From the IMG/VR virus record IMGVR_UViG_3300045988_185315: a stretch of 64,000 bases of DNA; one strand, given 5' to 3'. The notes below the pieces were generated by a model. It had not been told where the DNA came from. It searched no databases and saw only the letters and a program-made list of their open reading frames with translations. Below, in pieces: positions 55,609 to 64,000 of this stretch. The DNA comes from a virus. Position 1 is the first letter of the stretch. Every line of letters begins with the position of its first letter. The translations under genes were made by a program, and so were the position numbers.

Positions 55609-55759
55609 TTTGTACCTATCCTTCCTAAACAGATTTGGGTCATTTGTTGGTTTGGGTATAAAAGCGAGCGGTTACTTTTTAGCAACCAATTATTCATTCA
55701 TGGTTTTTGTTTTTTCGGTTAAATCTGATTTTAGGTATTCCTAGTTTCATTTTACCACT

Positions 55760-55927
55760 TTAGCTGTCCCATTGTCCGGACTTCAAACCACTCAGCGCAA
55801 GTTTTATCCGCCTCAGCCGGATTTCATTCACCTTTTCTTGTATTCTCTTCGCGTTTTGTTGAATTTCGTGTCGTTTAATGAATACTAAAAAACGCTCACA
55901 GGATTTTTTGTAAATACAGCCTTGCAT
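55760..55927 (-). CDS. hypothetical small protein (55 aa)
   Basis: Short ORF downstream of promoter P13; weak. Confidence 0.25.
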   Translation of the reverse strand: MQGCIYKKSCERFLVFIKRHEIQQNAKRIQEKVNEIRLRRIKLALSGLKSGQWDS

Positions 55928-55951
55928 CGCTCTTTTTGTTTTCCAATTCCC

Positions 55952-55981
55952 ATTGTATGCAATTTGCACGGCTGTGCAACT
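55952..55981 (-). promoter_or_regulatory. promoter of the conserved family (TTGCAC-N16-TACAAT)
   Basis: Reverse complement TTGCACagccgtgcaaattgcaTACAAT. Confidence 0.5.
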
Positions 55982-56023
55982 GCCCACAGAGTATCAAACT
56001 GCTGGAAATCATGCCGCAGAATA

Positions 56024-56338
56024 TCAAACTGCTGGTAAAATCGGCTCGCTTCGCCACTGAATCGCTGTATTCACAAAACAAAAAGCCGTCCACCCAAAAA
56101 GATGAACGACATATATTTTTGCAGGATGGTTATGCTTGCGCTGCTTCTGTTTTCTGCCATTGTACAAGGCGGCGACCATATCGACCGCCTCATCCATCGA
56201 CCGGCACTGGTAGCTGATGACCGTGCCGTTTCCGACCAGCATATTCCCGCTGCGCCAAAACGCCTTGGCATCGGTTGTGTAAATGATGCTGCCCTTAACA
56301 TGCAGTTCTACACCGTTGTTTGTCGTGACCGTTTGCAT
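56024..56338 (-). CDS. small protein, member 1 of a tandem triplicated family (conserved N-terminal about 60 aa)
   Basis: GVELHVKGSIIYTTDAKAFW…GTVISYQCRSMDEAVDMVAALYNG parallels the next two genes. Confidence 0.5.
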   Translation of the reverse strand: MQTVTTNNGVELHVKGSIIYTTDAKAFWRSGNMLVGNGTVISYQCRSMDEAVDMVAALYNGRKQKQRKHNHPAKIYVVHLFGWTAFCFVNTAIQWRSEPILPAV

Positions 56339-56348
56339 ATTGTACCTC

Positions 56349-56540
56349 CTAGAACCTTCGACCGCCGTACAGTCCCACGACCGTACCCAGTGCTTCGTCT
56401 TTCGACTGACAGTTGTAGCTAATGACCTTGCCGCTGCAGGTCAACATCCTGCCGCAGAGGTTGTAGGTCTTGCCGTCCGATGCCGTCATAATATTGCCGT
56501 AGCAATTCACCGTCACACCGGATTTTGTGTATACTACCAT
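56349..56540 (-). CDS. small protein, member 2 of the triplicated family (63 aa)
   Basis: GVTVNCYGNIMTASDGKTY…GKVISYNCQSKDEALGTVVGLYGG. Confidence 0.5.
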   Translation of the reverse strand: MVVYTKSGVTVNCYGNIMTASDGKTYNLCGRMLTCSGKVISYNCQSKDEALGTVVGLYGGRRF

Positions 56541-56779
56541 GTTTTCACCACCTTTTTCGGTTTTGTATGTTTTATATTTTTGCCTTTTAGCTCGCCGTAC
56601 TTTGCCAAGACTATGCACAGGGCATCTCGGATAGTCTCGGCGTTCCCACAAATCCGACCGTTTTCGTCGATGATTTTAGACCCCTGCATCCAGTATGAGG
56701 TATCATCTGAGGCGAAAACTGTTTTGCCGTTGAGAACCAGCGTTACGCCGGATGCCGTTTCGATTTTTGCTATGCTCAT
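56534..56779 (-). CDS. small protein, member 3 of the triplicated family (81 aa)
   Basis: GVTLVLNGKTVFASDDTSYW…ICGNAETIRDALCIVLAKYG. Confidence 0.45.
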   Translation of the reverse strand: MSIAKIETASGVTLVLNGKTVFASDDTSYWMQGSKIIDENGRICGNAETIRDALCIVLAKYGELKGKNIKHTKPKKVVKTW

Positions 56780-56825
56780 ATTCGTTCTGCCGCTTTCCTG
56801 TGCCGTTCTTCTTTTCTTGTTCGGC

Positions 56826-57122
56826 TCAGCCAAAATCAACACTATGCCGCCCGGCATATAAGCCGATTCCGTAAGCCTTGTTCACGGCCTTTTTGAGTTC
56901 TTCCGGAAACTCCTGTTCTTCTATTTCGTTTTTTCGGAATGCTTCCGCAAACGCCTTGTACAAGTCGTAGGTCTCCTTGTTGGGATTAAACGGTGCTGTT
57001 CTATAATATTCTGTCACTGACCATTTCTTGCCGTCGATGCTGGTCAGATAAAATCTGGTATTCGGAATCGGAATGCTTCCCATCATGTCAATCACCATCC
57101 TCCACGACCAAGGCGAACCCAC
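56826..57122 (-). CDS. hypothetical protein (98 aa)
   Basis: ORF. Confidence 0.4.
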   Translation of the reverse strand: MGSPWSWRMVIDMMGSIPIPNTRFYLTSIDGKKWSVTEYYRTAPFNPNKETYDLYKAFAEAFRKNEIEEQEFPEELKKAVNKAYGIGLYAGRHSVDFG

Positions 57123-57481
57123 TCGGTTTTCGTGGTGTGCGAAGTATGATGAGCATATACTTCATATTGCAGCTTGCGCTCATACTCTGCTCTTGACGCT
57201 TGTACTTCTTTCAGTTCTCTAACCGTGGAAAGGAGCTCATCCTCCCTACCTTTCGCTTCGCCTTTGGCAAAAGCTGCTTTTTCGGCCTCGTCGATGCGCT
57301 GGTATCTGCTCTTTCGTTCCTTTTCGATATAAAGCAGGCCATTGGCTACTACATCAAGGAACGCTTGCATCTCAGATTCCGGGATAGGTTCTTGGCTTTC
57401 TCTGCTTTTGGATATACAGCAAAAGCCCTCATCGTCGTAATGGATGAAATAGGGTGAGTTCGGAACCTGTTGTACTCGCAT
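57092..57481 (-). CDS. hypothetical protein with coiled-coil region (129 aa)
   Basis: GGAAGGAGG site upstream. Confidence 0.5.
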   Translation of the reverse strand: MRVQQVPNSPYFIHYDDEGFCCISKSRESQEPIPESEMQAFLDVVANGLLYIEKERKSRYQRIDEAEKAAFAKGEAKGREDELLSTVRELKEVQASRAEYERKLQYEVYAHHTSHTTKTEWVRLGRGGW

Positions 57482-57530
57482 AGGGCACTTCCTCCTTCCG
57501 TCTCAAAGACAATTTGCCGGGACTGTCTCC

Positions 57531-57598
57531 CGTTGCCCGCTGCTCGCCGCGTGGAGGCTGTCTTTTGGAGCAGCTGCGCGGACAAAACCGCGCTTTTG
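57531..57598. repeat. hairpin element R3 of the GCCGCGTGGAGGC family (stem GCTGCTC/GAGCAGC) plus GCGCGGAcaaaaCCGCGC-TTTT hairpin
   Basis: Same conserved loop as R1/R2, different but fully paired stem; the second hairpin with T-run would terminate plus-strand read-through. Confidence 0.55.
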
Positions 57599-57600
57599 AG

Positions 57601-59295
57601 TTACATCTCTGCGTTAAACAGGTTGCGGAGCTTGTAGGTGATATCCTCGCTGTTGCCGACGATAGCTGCCGCTTCGTTGATGGAAGCGAGCTCCGAAAGA
57701 CTATCCGCTGCGTAGTTGTAGCTGATGGTGTAAATGGGGATATCCATACCGGCAATGATGTTTTTCGTATCGGAGAAGCCATATCCGGTATTGTTGTCAC
57801 CATCCGTGAGCACAAAGATGATGGGCGTGCAATTCCCACCCAGTTCCTGAGATTTCTGGTAGATGCGGTCCATAGCAACGCAAAGACCGTTGTACATTGC
57901 GGTGCTGCCGTTCGCATCGAGGGAGTTCACGGCACCCTTATACAGAGTTTTCTGGGTCAGAGAGAACTGGTCAATGGGCAGGTATTCCCTGACATCTGAA
58001 TCAAAGCCAATGATGCCGATATAGTTGTCGTCATTGATATACTGGATGGTGTTTATCATCGCGGTTTTCAGGGCATTCAGGGGTTCGCCGCGCATCGAGC
58101 CGGAAGTATCGACAACGAACTCTGCCACAATAGGAATGCCTGAGTCCTTCTCTTCTTTCCAGACACTCTGAGCCTGTGCGATGGTGTTGCCGTCGTATGC
58201 CTTGCCAGTATAAGCATAGTCGTCAAGACCATTGAACCCGTCCTTCGTCGCTTCTGCCTGATTCTGGGCGCAGAGGGAAACGAACGCAGCAATAACTTCC
58301 TTCTTTTCGGCCGAGATGCTTCCAATAGAATACAGGGGGTTATCATGCCGCACACCGAACGGGATGAACTCGTAGTTGCGCTGTAAGGTCGGGTCATTCT
58401 GATAAGACTGGTACTCCATCACGACACCGTCCACGATACCCTTGTCAGCCGACTGGACCATCTGCTGGGTCGTGAAGGATACAAGAGGGACGTTCGCTTG
58501 AAATTTCTGGAAATTCTCAACAGCAGCCGTATCGACAATCGTATCGCTGCCGCTGCTCGCAAGAGCCTCAAGCAGAAAATTAAGACCCGTAGCACTTGTG
58601 TAGGGGTTCGAGTATCCCATCATGAGTTTGCCATCGATGGTTGCGTTCAGAACGGAAGAAACAGACGCTTCACCGTATTCAGAGCGAAGCATATCCCCTG
58701 TCTTCTTTGATACGAGAATACCCGCCACATTGCCGACCAGACGGTCAGCCTCAACGGTCAATTCTACGCCCTCGTTCTTCACCAGCTCGCCAAAGAGCGT
58801 ATTTGAGGGGGTATAGCACTCGGGCTGATACTTTCCCGTCGAGATGTACTCAGCCGCCGTACCGGACGGAATGGAGCGCAGGGAGACACTCATAGTCTTG
58901 TCTCCGGAAGTCTTGTTGTGCTGGGCGTTGAACTTTTTTGCCATGCTTGTCAGGAAAGAATCGGAGCCGGATTCTGCTGCTTTCTCGCCGGAAGAGAAGA
59001 TTTCAATGTTGACATCACCGTTCCCCTCCACCACAAACGGGTAGGAGGAGTCGATATTCGGCAACTCATCTTTTGCGTCCAGAAACTCCGATACATCAAG
59101 CTGCTGCGGATTGACGGATACTTCCTGCACCCCGATACGTTTCATCTTGCTACTTAAATTGGCATATGCCTGCTCGGAAGTCATCGTGCTGATGCTGACA
59201 TTCGAGTCGCGCAGCACAGTCGTCGAAAACACGCCGAGAACAACACCCACCACGGCGATGGTTGCAACTACAGGGAAAATATTTTTCTTCGTCAC
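57601..59295 (-). CDS. membrane-anchored protein with extracellular domain and C-terminal vWA domain (564 aa)
   Basis: N-terminal transmembrane helix; FVVDTSGSMRGEPLNALK MIDAS motif, STAMYNGL, IIFVLTDGDNN. Confidence 0.7.
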   Translation of the reverse strand: MTKKNIFPVVATIAVVGVVLGVFSTTVLRDSNVSISTMTSEQAYANLSSKMKRIGVQEVSVNPQQLDVSEFLDAKDELPNIDSSYPFVVEGNGDVNIEIFSSGEKAAESGSDSFLTSMAKKFNAQHNKTSGDKTMSVSLRSIPSGTAAEYISTGKYQPECYTPSNTLFGELVKNEGVELTVEADRLVGNVAGILVSKKTGDMLRSEYGEASVSSVLNATIDGKLMMGYSNPYTSATGLNFLLEALASSGSDTIVDTAAVENFQKFQANVPLVSFTTQQMVQSADKGIVDGVVMEYQSYQNDPTLQRNYEFIPFGVRHDNPLYSIGSISAEKKEVIAAFVSLCAQNQAEATKDGFNGLDDYAYTGKAYDGNTIAQAQSVWKEEKDSGIPIVAEFVVDTSGSMRGEPLNALKTAMINTIQYINDDNYIGIIGFDSDVREYLPIDQFSLTQKTLYKGAVNSLDANGSTAMYNGLCVAMDRIYQKSQELGGNCTPIIFVLTDGDNNTGYGFSDTKNIIAGMDIPIYTISYNYAADSLSELASINEAAAIVGNSEDITYKLRNLFNAEM

Positions 59296-59296
59296 G

Positions 59297-60100
59297 TTAA
59301 GACTCTCCTTTCAAAATATCATATTGCTTCATAGCCTCGCGGCTGATTACTTCATCCTGCTCGATGTCCTGCGTCGTCTTGTTAATGACAGCATCGAGCT
59401 TTGACATTGCGAGCACAACCTCTGTATCCCACGGATTCTGGGCAGAACGTTGGTTCAGAGCGTATGCTAAAGAATCCAATCGGAGGATTAAGCGCTCATT
59501 GTCATGAACTACCTTATCCACGGTACTTACGATACCATTGTAGATTTCTTTCTTTTTCTGCGCTTCTTCTTTGTTTCCAAACGAGATAGAGCCTTGACAG
59601 AAAGCCTTGTATTCCGTTTCATCAAACATTGAAGCCGAGCGAATCGCGTCATCCAGTCGGTCATAGAAGATACGTTCTGCGGATTCCAATAACGTTAGGC
59701 ACTTGGCTTGTTCCCCGGATGTCTTGCTATCCTGGGTCATGCTGTAGGCAACGGCCATTTTTTGCCCGAAGCGCCGTACCTGATACAGCATTTGGTCAGC
59801 CTGCTCTGAGAAGACGCTTTTTGTCTTTACTGCCGTTTGAATTTTGTTGGTATACAGCTCTTCTTTGCTTGTAGGCCGTTCAGATGCAGCAGAAGCCGCA
59901 GCTTTCTGCTTTTTGAGGAATTTGCGATATGCAATGTAGGCGCAGAGCAGCAGGAACAGGACTGGCGTGCCATATTTCGCAAGGAGGATAAGGAACAGCG
60001 ATGTTCCGTGCATGTATTCGATAGTGTAATAGGTGCTGATATAGGTTTCGACCATGTAGACTATAGCCGCTGCTATGATAATCAAACTCACGCCGAGCAT
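59297..60100 (-). CDS. membrane protein (about 267 aa, 2-3 transmembrane helices) between vWA and flotillin genes
   Basis: Start at MLGVSL with a GAGGTG site; hydrophobic N-terminus. Confidence 0.5.
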   Translation of the reverse strand: MLGVSLIIIAAAIVYMVETYISTYYTIEYMHGTSLFLILLAKYGTPVLFLLLCAYIAYRKFLKKQKAAASAASERPTSKEELYTNKIQTAVKTKSVFSEQADQMLYQVRRFGQKMAVAYSMTQDSKTSGEQAKCLTLLESAERIFYDRLDDAIRSASMFDETEYKAFCQGSISFGNKEEAQKKKEIYNGIVSTVDKVVHDNERLILRLDSLAYALNQRSAQNPWDTEVVLAMSKLDAVINKTTQDIEQDEVISREAMKQYDILKGES

Positions 60101-60151
60101 TAACTTCACCTCTTCGGTTTCAATCGATTTGATACAAAGCATCTTTTGTTT

Positions 60152-60181
60152 TTAATTATCTTCAATTCGCACAATTCAGCA
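60152..60181 (-). promoter_or_regulatory. promoter of the conserved family (TTGCTG-N16-GATAAT)
   Basis: Reverse complement TTGCTGaattgtgcgaattgaaGATAAT. Confidence 0.5.
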
Positions 60182-60302
60182 ACAAAGTCTTAACATGCAA
60201 AAAAGACAGTCACCTAAATTGGATGGCCACCATGAACTTTTCGTTTGCGTCACAACAGAAAAAAGGATGGCTCTTTCGAGTCACCCTCTTTTCATGTTGT
60301 CT

Positions 60303-61946
60303 TTAATCTTTGGCCTTTTTGCCTTTCATGATAGCCTTCTCTTCTTCGGTCACATCCGGTCGAAAATGAGTGACTTCCTCACCGTTGAGATTCTTCTCAT
60401 GAATCAGATAGCCGCCTTCTGCGCGTTCCATTGCCTTGGCACCTCCTTTCTCTTTGTTATTCTCAGGCTGTTCACATTGAGTCATAATGTTGATGTTGCG
60501 GTCTGTCTTTGCCTGGATGCTGTTGGCACGGACAATTTCGCCCATGTCAATGCCGGTCGCTTCTTTCACCGTCTGCATGGTTTGAGCCATCAGGATAGGA
60601 ACGTTCCCGGAAACGCCGGATACGCCGGAGGCATCACCGCCAATGATAGAAACCTTATCAATGCTGGACAAAGGCTGAGCCACGCTCTTGGCAATGTCAG
60701 GAAGAACCTTGATGAGCATTTCAGCCACAGCCGCATCGTTATACTGCTTATATGCCTCTGCTTTCTGTTTCATGGCTTCCGCTTCAGCCAAGCCTTTCTG
60801 ACGAATCGCTTCAGCTTCTGCCTTACCGACAAGCTCAATGCCTTCTGCTTCCTGCTGCTTAGAGAACTTCTGTGCCTCAGCTGCACGTTCCGCCTCATAT
60901 TTCTTGGCTTCTGCCTCTTTCTGGCGGCGGTACAGGTCAGCATCTGCCTGTTTGCGGACTTCCGCATCCAGTTTGCGTTGCTGGACCTCGGCTTCCTGTG
61001 CGGCAAGGTCTACCATTTTCTTCTGCTTGGCGATTTCAGCATCCGCTTCCGCTTCTTTGATTTCTTTGGCGCGGAGATTCATCTGAATCTGACCGGCAGC
61101 ATCTGCGTCAGCCGCAGCTTTATCAGCTTCAGCTTTCAGCTTTGCCTTGGCGAGCTGCAATTCATTGTTGCGTTTTGCAATCGCAGTCTGCGCTTCAACT
61201 TCCTTGGCATTTGCAGCCATCTCAGCATCGGCCTTCGCGCAGGCTACATCACGGGCAGCCTGAGCACGGGCAATTTCAGCCTGTTTTTTCACAAGCTCTT
61301 CCTGTTCAATGCCGATAGCCTCAATGACGCCGTGGTTGTGGCCCTGAACATCCACCGCATCCCTGATATCCTGGACGTTAAAAGTCACGACCTCAAGTCC
61401 CATCTTAGCAAGGTCGGGGCGAGCATTCTCGATAACGCTCACAGCCATCTGCTTGCGGTTCGTCAGAATTTGGTCGACGGTCATGTCAGAGACAATCTCA
61501 CGCAAATTGCCCTGCAGAACGTCATTAACTTTCTCATTGATGCCCTGCTCGTTCATGCCCAGAAAGTTCGAGATGGCTGCCTGTTGGCGGGACATGATGT
61601 ACGCCTTGGCGTCTTTCAGACCGGATGCCTTCACTTCTTCATCCAGAACGGTAGAGTTTTCGCTGTAGACTTGAATCGTGACAACAGAGTCAATCCAGAG
61701 ACTTACGCCGTTCTTCGTCTTAACACCTGTTTCAGGAGTTTTGACGTCAATTTTCAGAAGGCGCATATTTAGCCGGTCAGCCCGCTGAAGAACGGGCAGA
61801 ACAAATGTACCTTTTCCGCAAACTACTTTAGGCTTAGACAGACCAAAGCCGGTCACAACGATAGCCTCCGTGGGCGGAGCTTTCTTGTAGCAGAGAAATC
61901 CAAAGAGAATAATCAGGGCTGCCACAATCGCAATCACATATACCAT
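60303..61946 (-). CDS. flotillin/SPFH (band-7) family protein with long Ala/Glu/Lys coiled coil (547 aa)
   Basis: N-terminal transmembrane helix, SPFH-like region, extended EA/KA-rich heptads, resembling YqiK/FloA flotillins. Confidence 0.7.
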   Translation of the reverse strand: MVYVIAIVAALIILFGFLCYKKAPPTEAIVVTGFGLSKPKVVCGKGTFVLPVLQRADRLNMRLLKIDVKTPETGVKTKNGVSLWIDSVVTIQVYSENSTVLDEEVKASGLKDAKAYIMSRQQAAISNFLGMNEQGINEKVNDVLQGNLREIVSDMTVDQILTNRKQMAVSVIENARPDLAKMGLEVVTFNVQDIRDAVDVQGHNHGVIEAIGIEQEELVKKQAEIARAQAARDVACAKADAEMAANAKEVEAQTAIAKRNNELQLAKAKLKAEADKAAADADAAGQIQMNLRAKEIKEAEADAEIAKQKKMVDLAAQEAEVQQRKLDAEVRKQADADLYRRQKEAEAKKYEAERAAEAQKFSKQQEAEGIELVGKAEAEAIRQKGLAEAEAMKQKAEAYKQYNDAAVAEMLIKVLPDIAKSVAQPLSSIDKVSIIGGDASGVSGVSGNVPILMAQTMQTVKEATGIDMGEIVRANSIQAKTDRNINIMTQCEQPENNKEKGGAKAMERAEGGYLIHEKNLNGEEVTHFRPDVTEEEKAIMKGKKAKD

Positions 61947-62094
61947 AATTTTTGTTTCTCCATTCGTAAAATAGTAATAAAACTATAAGTCAGGACTTGC
62001 GTCCTGTGGTCCACTTCGCCAATGTTATGCACTGTTTTAGCCTTTCGACATGACGCTCGCACTTTTCCTCCCCTCGGAGATGTTTAACGAAACG

Positions 62095-62265
62095 CCTGCA
62101 GAGCTCACCACTTGTGGAGCATGGATAAGGTGCCTATATTATTAGTACACAACGTAGTTTTCCCCACTGCCGGAGCAATGGGCTTAGGCTAATCAACTGG
62201 GCTTACAGGTTGCCCCGCAAGCCCCGTCTATAACCGGCGAACCGGTTTAGGCGGGGTTGTTGACT
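62095..62265 (+). repeat. copy B of the direct repeat (promoter TTGTGG-N17-TATATT, shorter variable spacer, conserved about 75-nt structured RNA module)
   Basis: See copy A at 14150-14347; identical module ggttgccccgcaagccccgtctataaccggcgaaccggtttaggcggggttgttgac. Confidence 0.6.
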
Positions 62266-62327
62266 CTTTTAGCTGCTAAGATTCTCATTCCTACTGCATC
62301 GGTATCGCCCCATCTCGCAATCGCTCT

Positions 62328-62357
62328 GTCTTTAATTGTCCGCAATTCGCACGATTC
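62328..62357 (-). promoter_or_regulatory. promoter of the conserved family (TTGCGG-N16-GACAAT)
   Basis: Reverse complement TTGCGGaatcgtgcgaattgcgGACAAT. Confidence 0.5.
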
Positions 62358-62496
62358 CGCAATAAACAAAACCCACAGGTGAGAGAATGACCTGTGGGCT
62401 TCGAAAAGAGGTAATTATGCGCAAGCAGACACGGCATCGATTCGTGGCGACCAACTACAATCACTACAAATGTCTCTTGCCGTTTCTCTTGTACAA

Positions 62497-62526
62497 TTCT
62501 TATTGTACGAAGTTCGCACAGCAGCG
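62497..62526 (-). promoter_or_regulatory. promoter of the conserved family (TTGCGC-N16-TACAAT)
   Basis: Reverse complement TTGCGCtgctgtgcgaacttcgTACAAT; convergent with repeat copy B. Confidence 0.4.
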
Positions 62527-62890
62527 CAAGGGTAAACTTGCCAAGACTAAGATATTTTTGAGTTTGACTTCTGGTGTTTGTTTTTTTGCACTCATTTTCG
62601 AAAACTACCATACAATACCCCTGGCACAAAATGAGATACACCTCCAGCTACAACTCAAGAGCCCCATCCAAGATGACGGGGCTCTAGTTTTATATATTAG
62701 GGCAACAATAAATCTCGTGCATAAAGGTTAAGTATTCATGAACAAAGTTGCGATTTTGGCCCGTCCATCTGTAAAATATGATATAATTATGTTAGAAAGA
62801 ATTGTGGGAGGAGAAAAACAGGCTATTCAACTTTTTCCGGGGGTTTGACCAATTCACAAGTACAAAAATCCATAAAGGAGGTGAATCACC

Positions 62891-64000
62891 TTGAAAGTAC
62901 ATAAAGGCTATAAATTTCGGCTAGAGCCTACAGAAGAGCAGGAAGTAAAAATCAATAAAACGCTCGGCTGCTGCCGCTTTATATATAACTCTATATTAGA
63001 TAGGCGAATAAAAGCCTATAGGCGGCGCGGCGAAAGCATGAGCTATATTGATACGCAAAATCTACTTCCTCAGATGAAGACCTATCTTCCTTGGCTTGCT
63101 GAAGCGGATAGCCAAGCACTCAAATATAGCTGTCGTCAGTTAGATAATGCCTATAAAGGCTTTTTCAAAGACGGTAAAGGATTCCCTCAATTCAAACGAA
63201 AAAGAGGAGAAGAAAGTTATACAACTACTAAAGCAAAAAGCATTAAAGTTGACGATAAGTACATTCAGCTTCCTACACTTGGAAAGGTGCGCTATCGCAA
63301 AAGCCGCAACATTGAAGGTCGTATTTGCAAGGCAACAATCCGTCGTTCAGCAAGCGGAAAATACTATGTAAGCATTCTTTGCGAAGTAGAAGTAGCACCG
63401 CTTCCTGTTAAGAATGTCGCTATCGGCTTGGATGTTGGCATCAAATCTTTTGCTGTTGACAGCAATGGAAACGAACATCCAAACCATAAGTATCTACAGA
63501 AAGCGGAAGCTAAACTAAAGCGTGAGCAGAAAAAACTGTCACGCAAGAAGAAAGGCTCTGCCAACTGGGAAAAGCAGCGCATCAAGGTGGCTCGCTGCCA
63601 CGAAAAAATAACCAACAAACGAAAAGATACCCTACATAAGTTGTCGTCCACACTGGTGAAAGAAAACCAAATCATCTGTGTAGAAGACCTCAATGTAAAG
63701 GGTATGGTTCGTAATCGTAACCTTGCTAAAAGTATTTCTGACGCTTCTTGGGGAGAATTTTTTCGACAACTTGATTATAAATCCAGTTGGGCAGGAAGAG
63801 TAGTTGTCAAAGTACCAACATTCTATCCAAGCAGCCAGACCTGTTCCTGCTGCGGATACCAAAACAAAGAGGTTAAAAGCCTCAATGTGCGGCATTGGGT
63901 CTGCCCGAAGTGTAATACATCACACGATAGGGATAAAAATGCAGCAGAAAATATTCTAAAGAAAGGAATGGACATGCTGGCTATGCCAGCCACCTCATAA
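62891..64000 (+). CDS. tnpB: TnpB (IS605 OrfB family), 3' end cut by the window; TTG start
   Basis: HTH-like N-terminus, RuvC blocks [19 protein letters not shown], zinc finger CSCCG…[15 protein letters not shown]; AAAGGAGG site before TTG. Confidence 0.8.
   Translation: MKVHKGYKFRLEPTEEQEVKINKTLGCCRFIYNSILDRRIKAYRRRGESMSYIDTQNLLPQMKTYLPWLAEADSQALKYSCRQLDNAYKGFFKDGKGFPQFKRKRGEESYTTTKAKSIKVDDKYIQLPTLGKVRYRKSRNIEGRICKATIRRSASGKYYVSILCEVEVAPLPVKNVAIGLDVGIKSFAVDSNGNEHPNHKYLQKAEAKLKREQKKLSRKKKGSANWEKQRIKVARCHEKITNKRKDTLHKLSSTLVKENQIICVEDLNVKGMVRNRNLAKSISDASWGEFFRQLDYKSSWAGRVVVKVPTFYPSSQTCSCCGYQNKEVKSLNVRHWVCPKCNTSHDRDKNAAENILKKGMDMLAMPATS

Noticed and set aside
62387-62731. 114-aa plus-strand ORF upstream of tnpB
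   Set aside because: Contains a family promoter sequence and terminator hairpin; more likely regulatory or non-coding. Only the last part could encode a micro-protein, not supportable.
1-64000. CRISPR array
   Set aside because: No run of regularly spaced direct repeats; the repeated elements found are promoters, terminator hairpins and IS hairpins at irregular spacing.
1-64000. Integrase / attachment site defining prophage ends
   Set aside because: No tyrosine or serine recombinase ORF recognised in the window; the 14150/62095 direct repeats are possible boundaries but also carry a promoter and RNA module, so not asserted as att sites.

Overview
This window looks like an accessory (early/auxiliary) region of a large phage, prophage or other mobile element from a low-GC Firmicutes (Clostridia-type) host, not core chromosome. 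That assignment is inference from gene content. About 70 genes, most of unknown function, are almost all on the minus strand. They form many short transcription units that begin with a stereotyped sigma-70-like promoter carrying a conserved TGTGCGAAT spacer and end at G+C hairpin terminators. No capsid, portal or terminase gene is visible. There is a tightly packed array of 17 minus-strand tRNA genes in several blocks between 12.3 and 21.1 kb, several with atypical anticodon loops. I recognise a DEAH-box SF2 helicase, a ParB/DGQHR-like nuclease-domain protein, a Lar-type restriction-alleviation protein, a NADAR (YbiA-like) enzyme, a PAPS-reductase-like PP-loop protein, and an AAA+ ATPase and a vWA protein now split by an insertion-sequence (IS) insertion. 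I also recognise an HD-domain (RelA/SpoT-like) small alarmone hydrolase candidate, a radical-SAM protein, a membrane-anchored lysozyme-like protein, an ASCH protein, and a metallo-beta-lactamase (MBL)-fold lipoprotein. A 926-aa DUF285/BspA-like secreted repeat protein sits next to a small secreted paralogue. The right end carries a vWA/membrane/flotillin (SPFH) cluster. Four paralogous proteins consist of tandem helix-turn-helix repeats. Three IS200/IS605-family elements are present: one tnpA+tnpB, one tnpB-only, and one tnpB cut by the window end. Their CCCACGA…TCGTGGG hairpins also occur as orphans. Unexplained structure includes a roughly 200-bp direct repeat (promoter plus a small structured RNA module with a compensatory base-pair change) at 14.15 and 62.1 kb. 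It also includes a family of GCCGCGTGGAGGC-loop hairpins with covarying stems, and a duplicated fragment of the vWA gene. The best candidates for an undescribed system are (i) the AAA+ … vWA module with Lar and PAPS-reductase, (ii) the plus-strand HTH-containing 628-aa gene pair next to NADAR, and (iii) the 721-aa PLD-like/P-loop protein. Other candidates are (iv) the vWA–membrane–flotillin cluster, (v) the radical-SAM/ATP-grasp-like operon, and (vi) the repeated small RNA modules. None can be confirmed without database searches.
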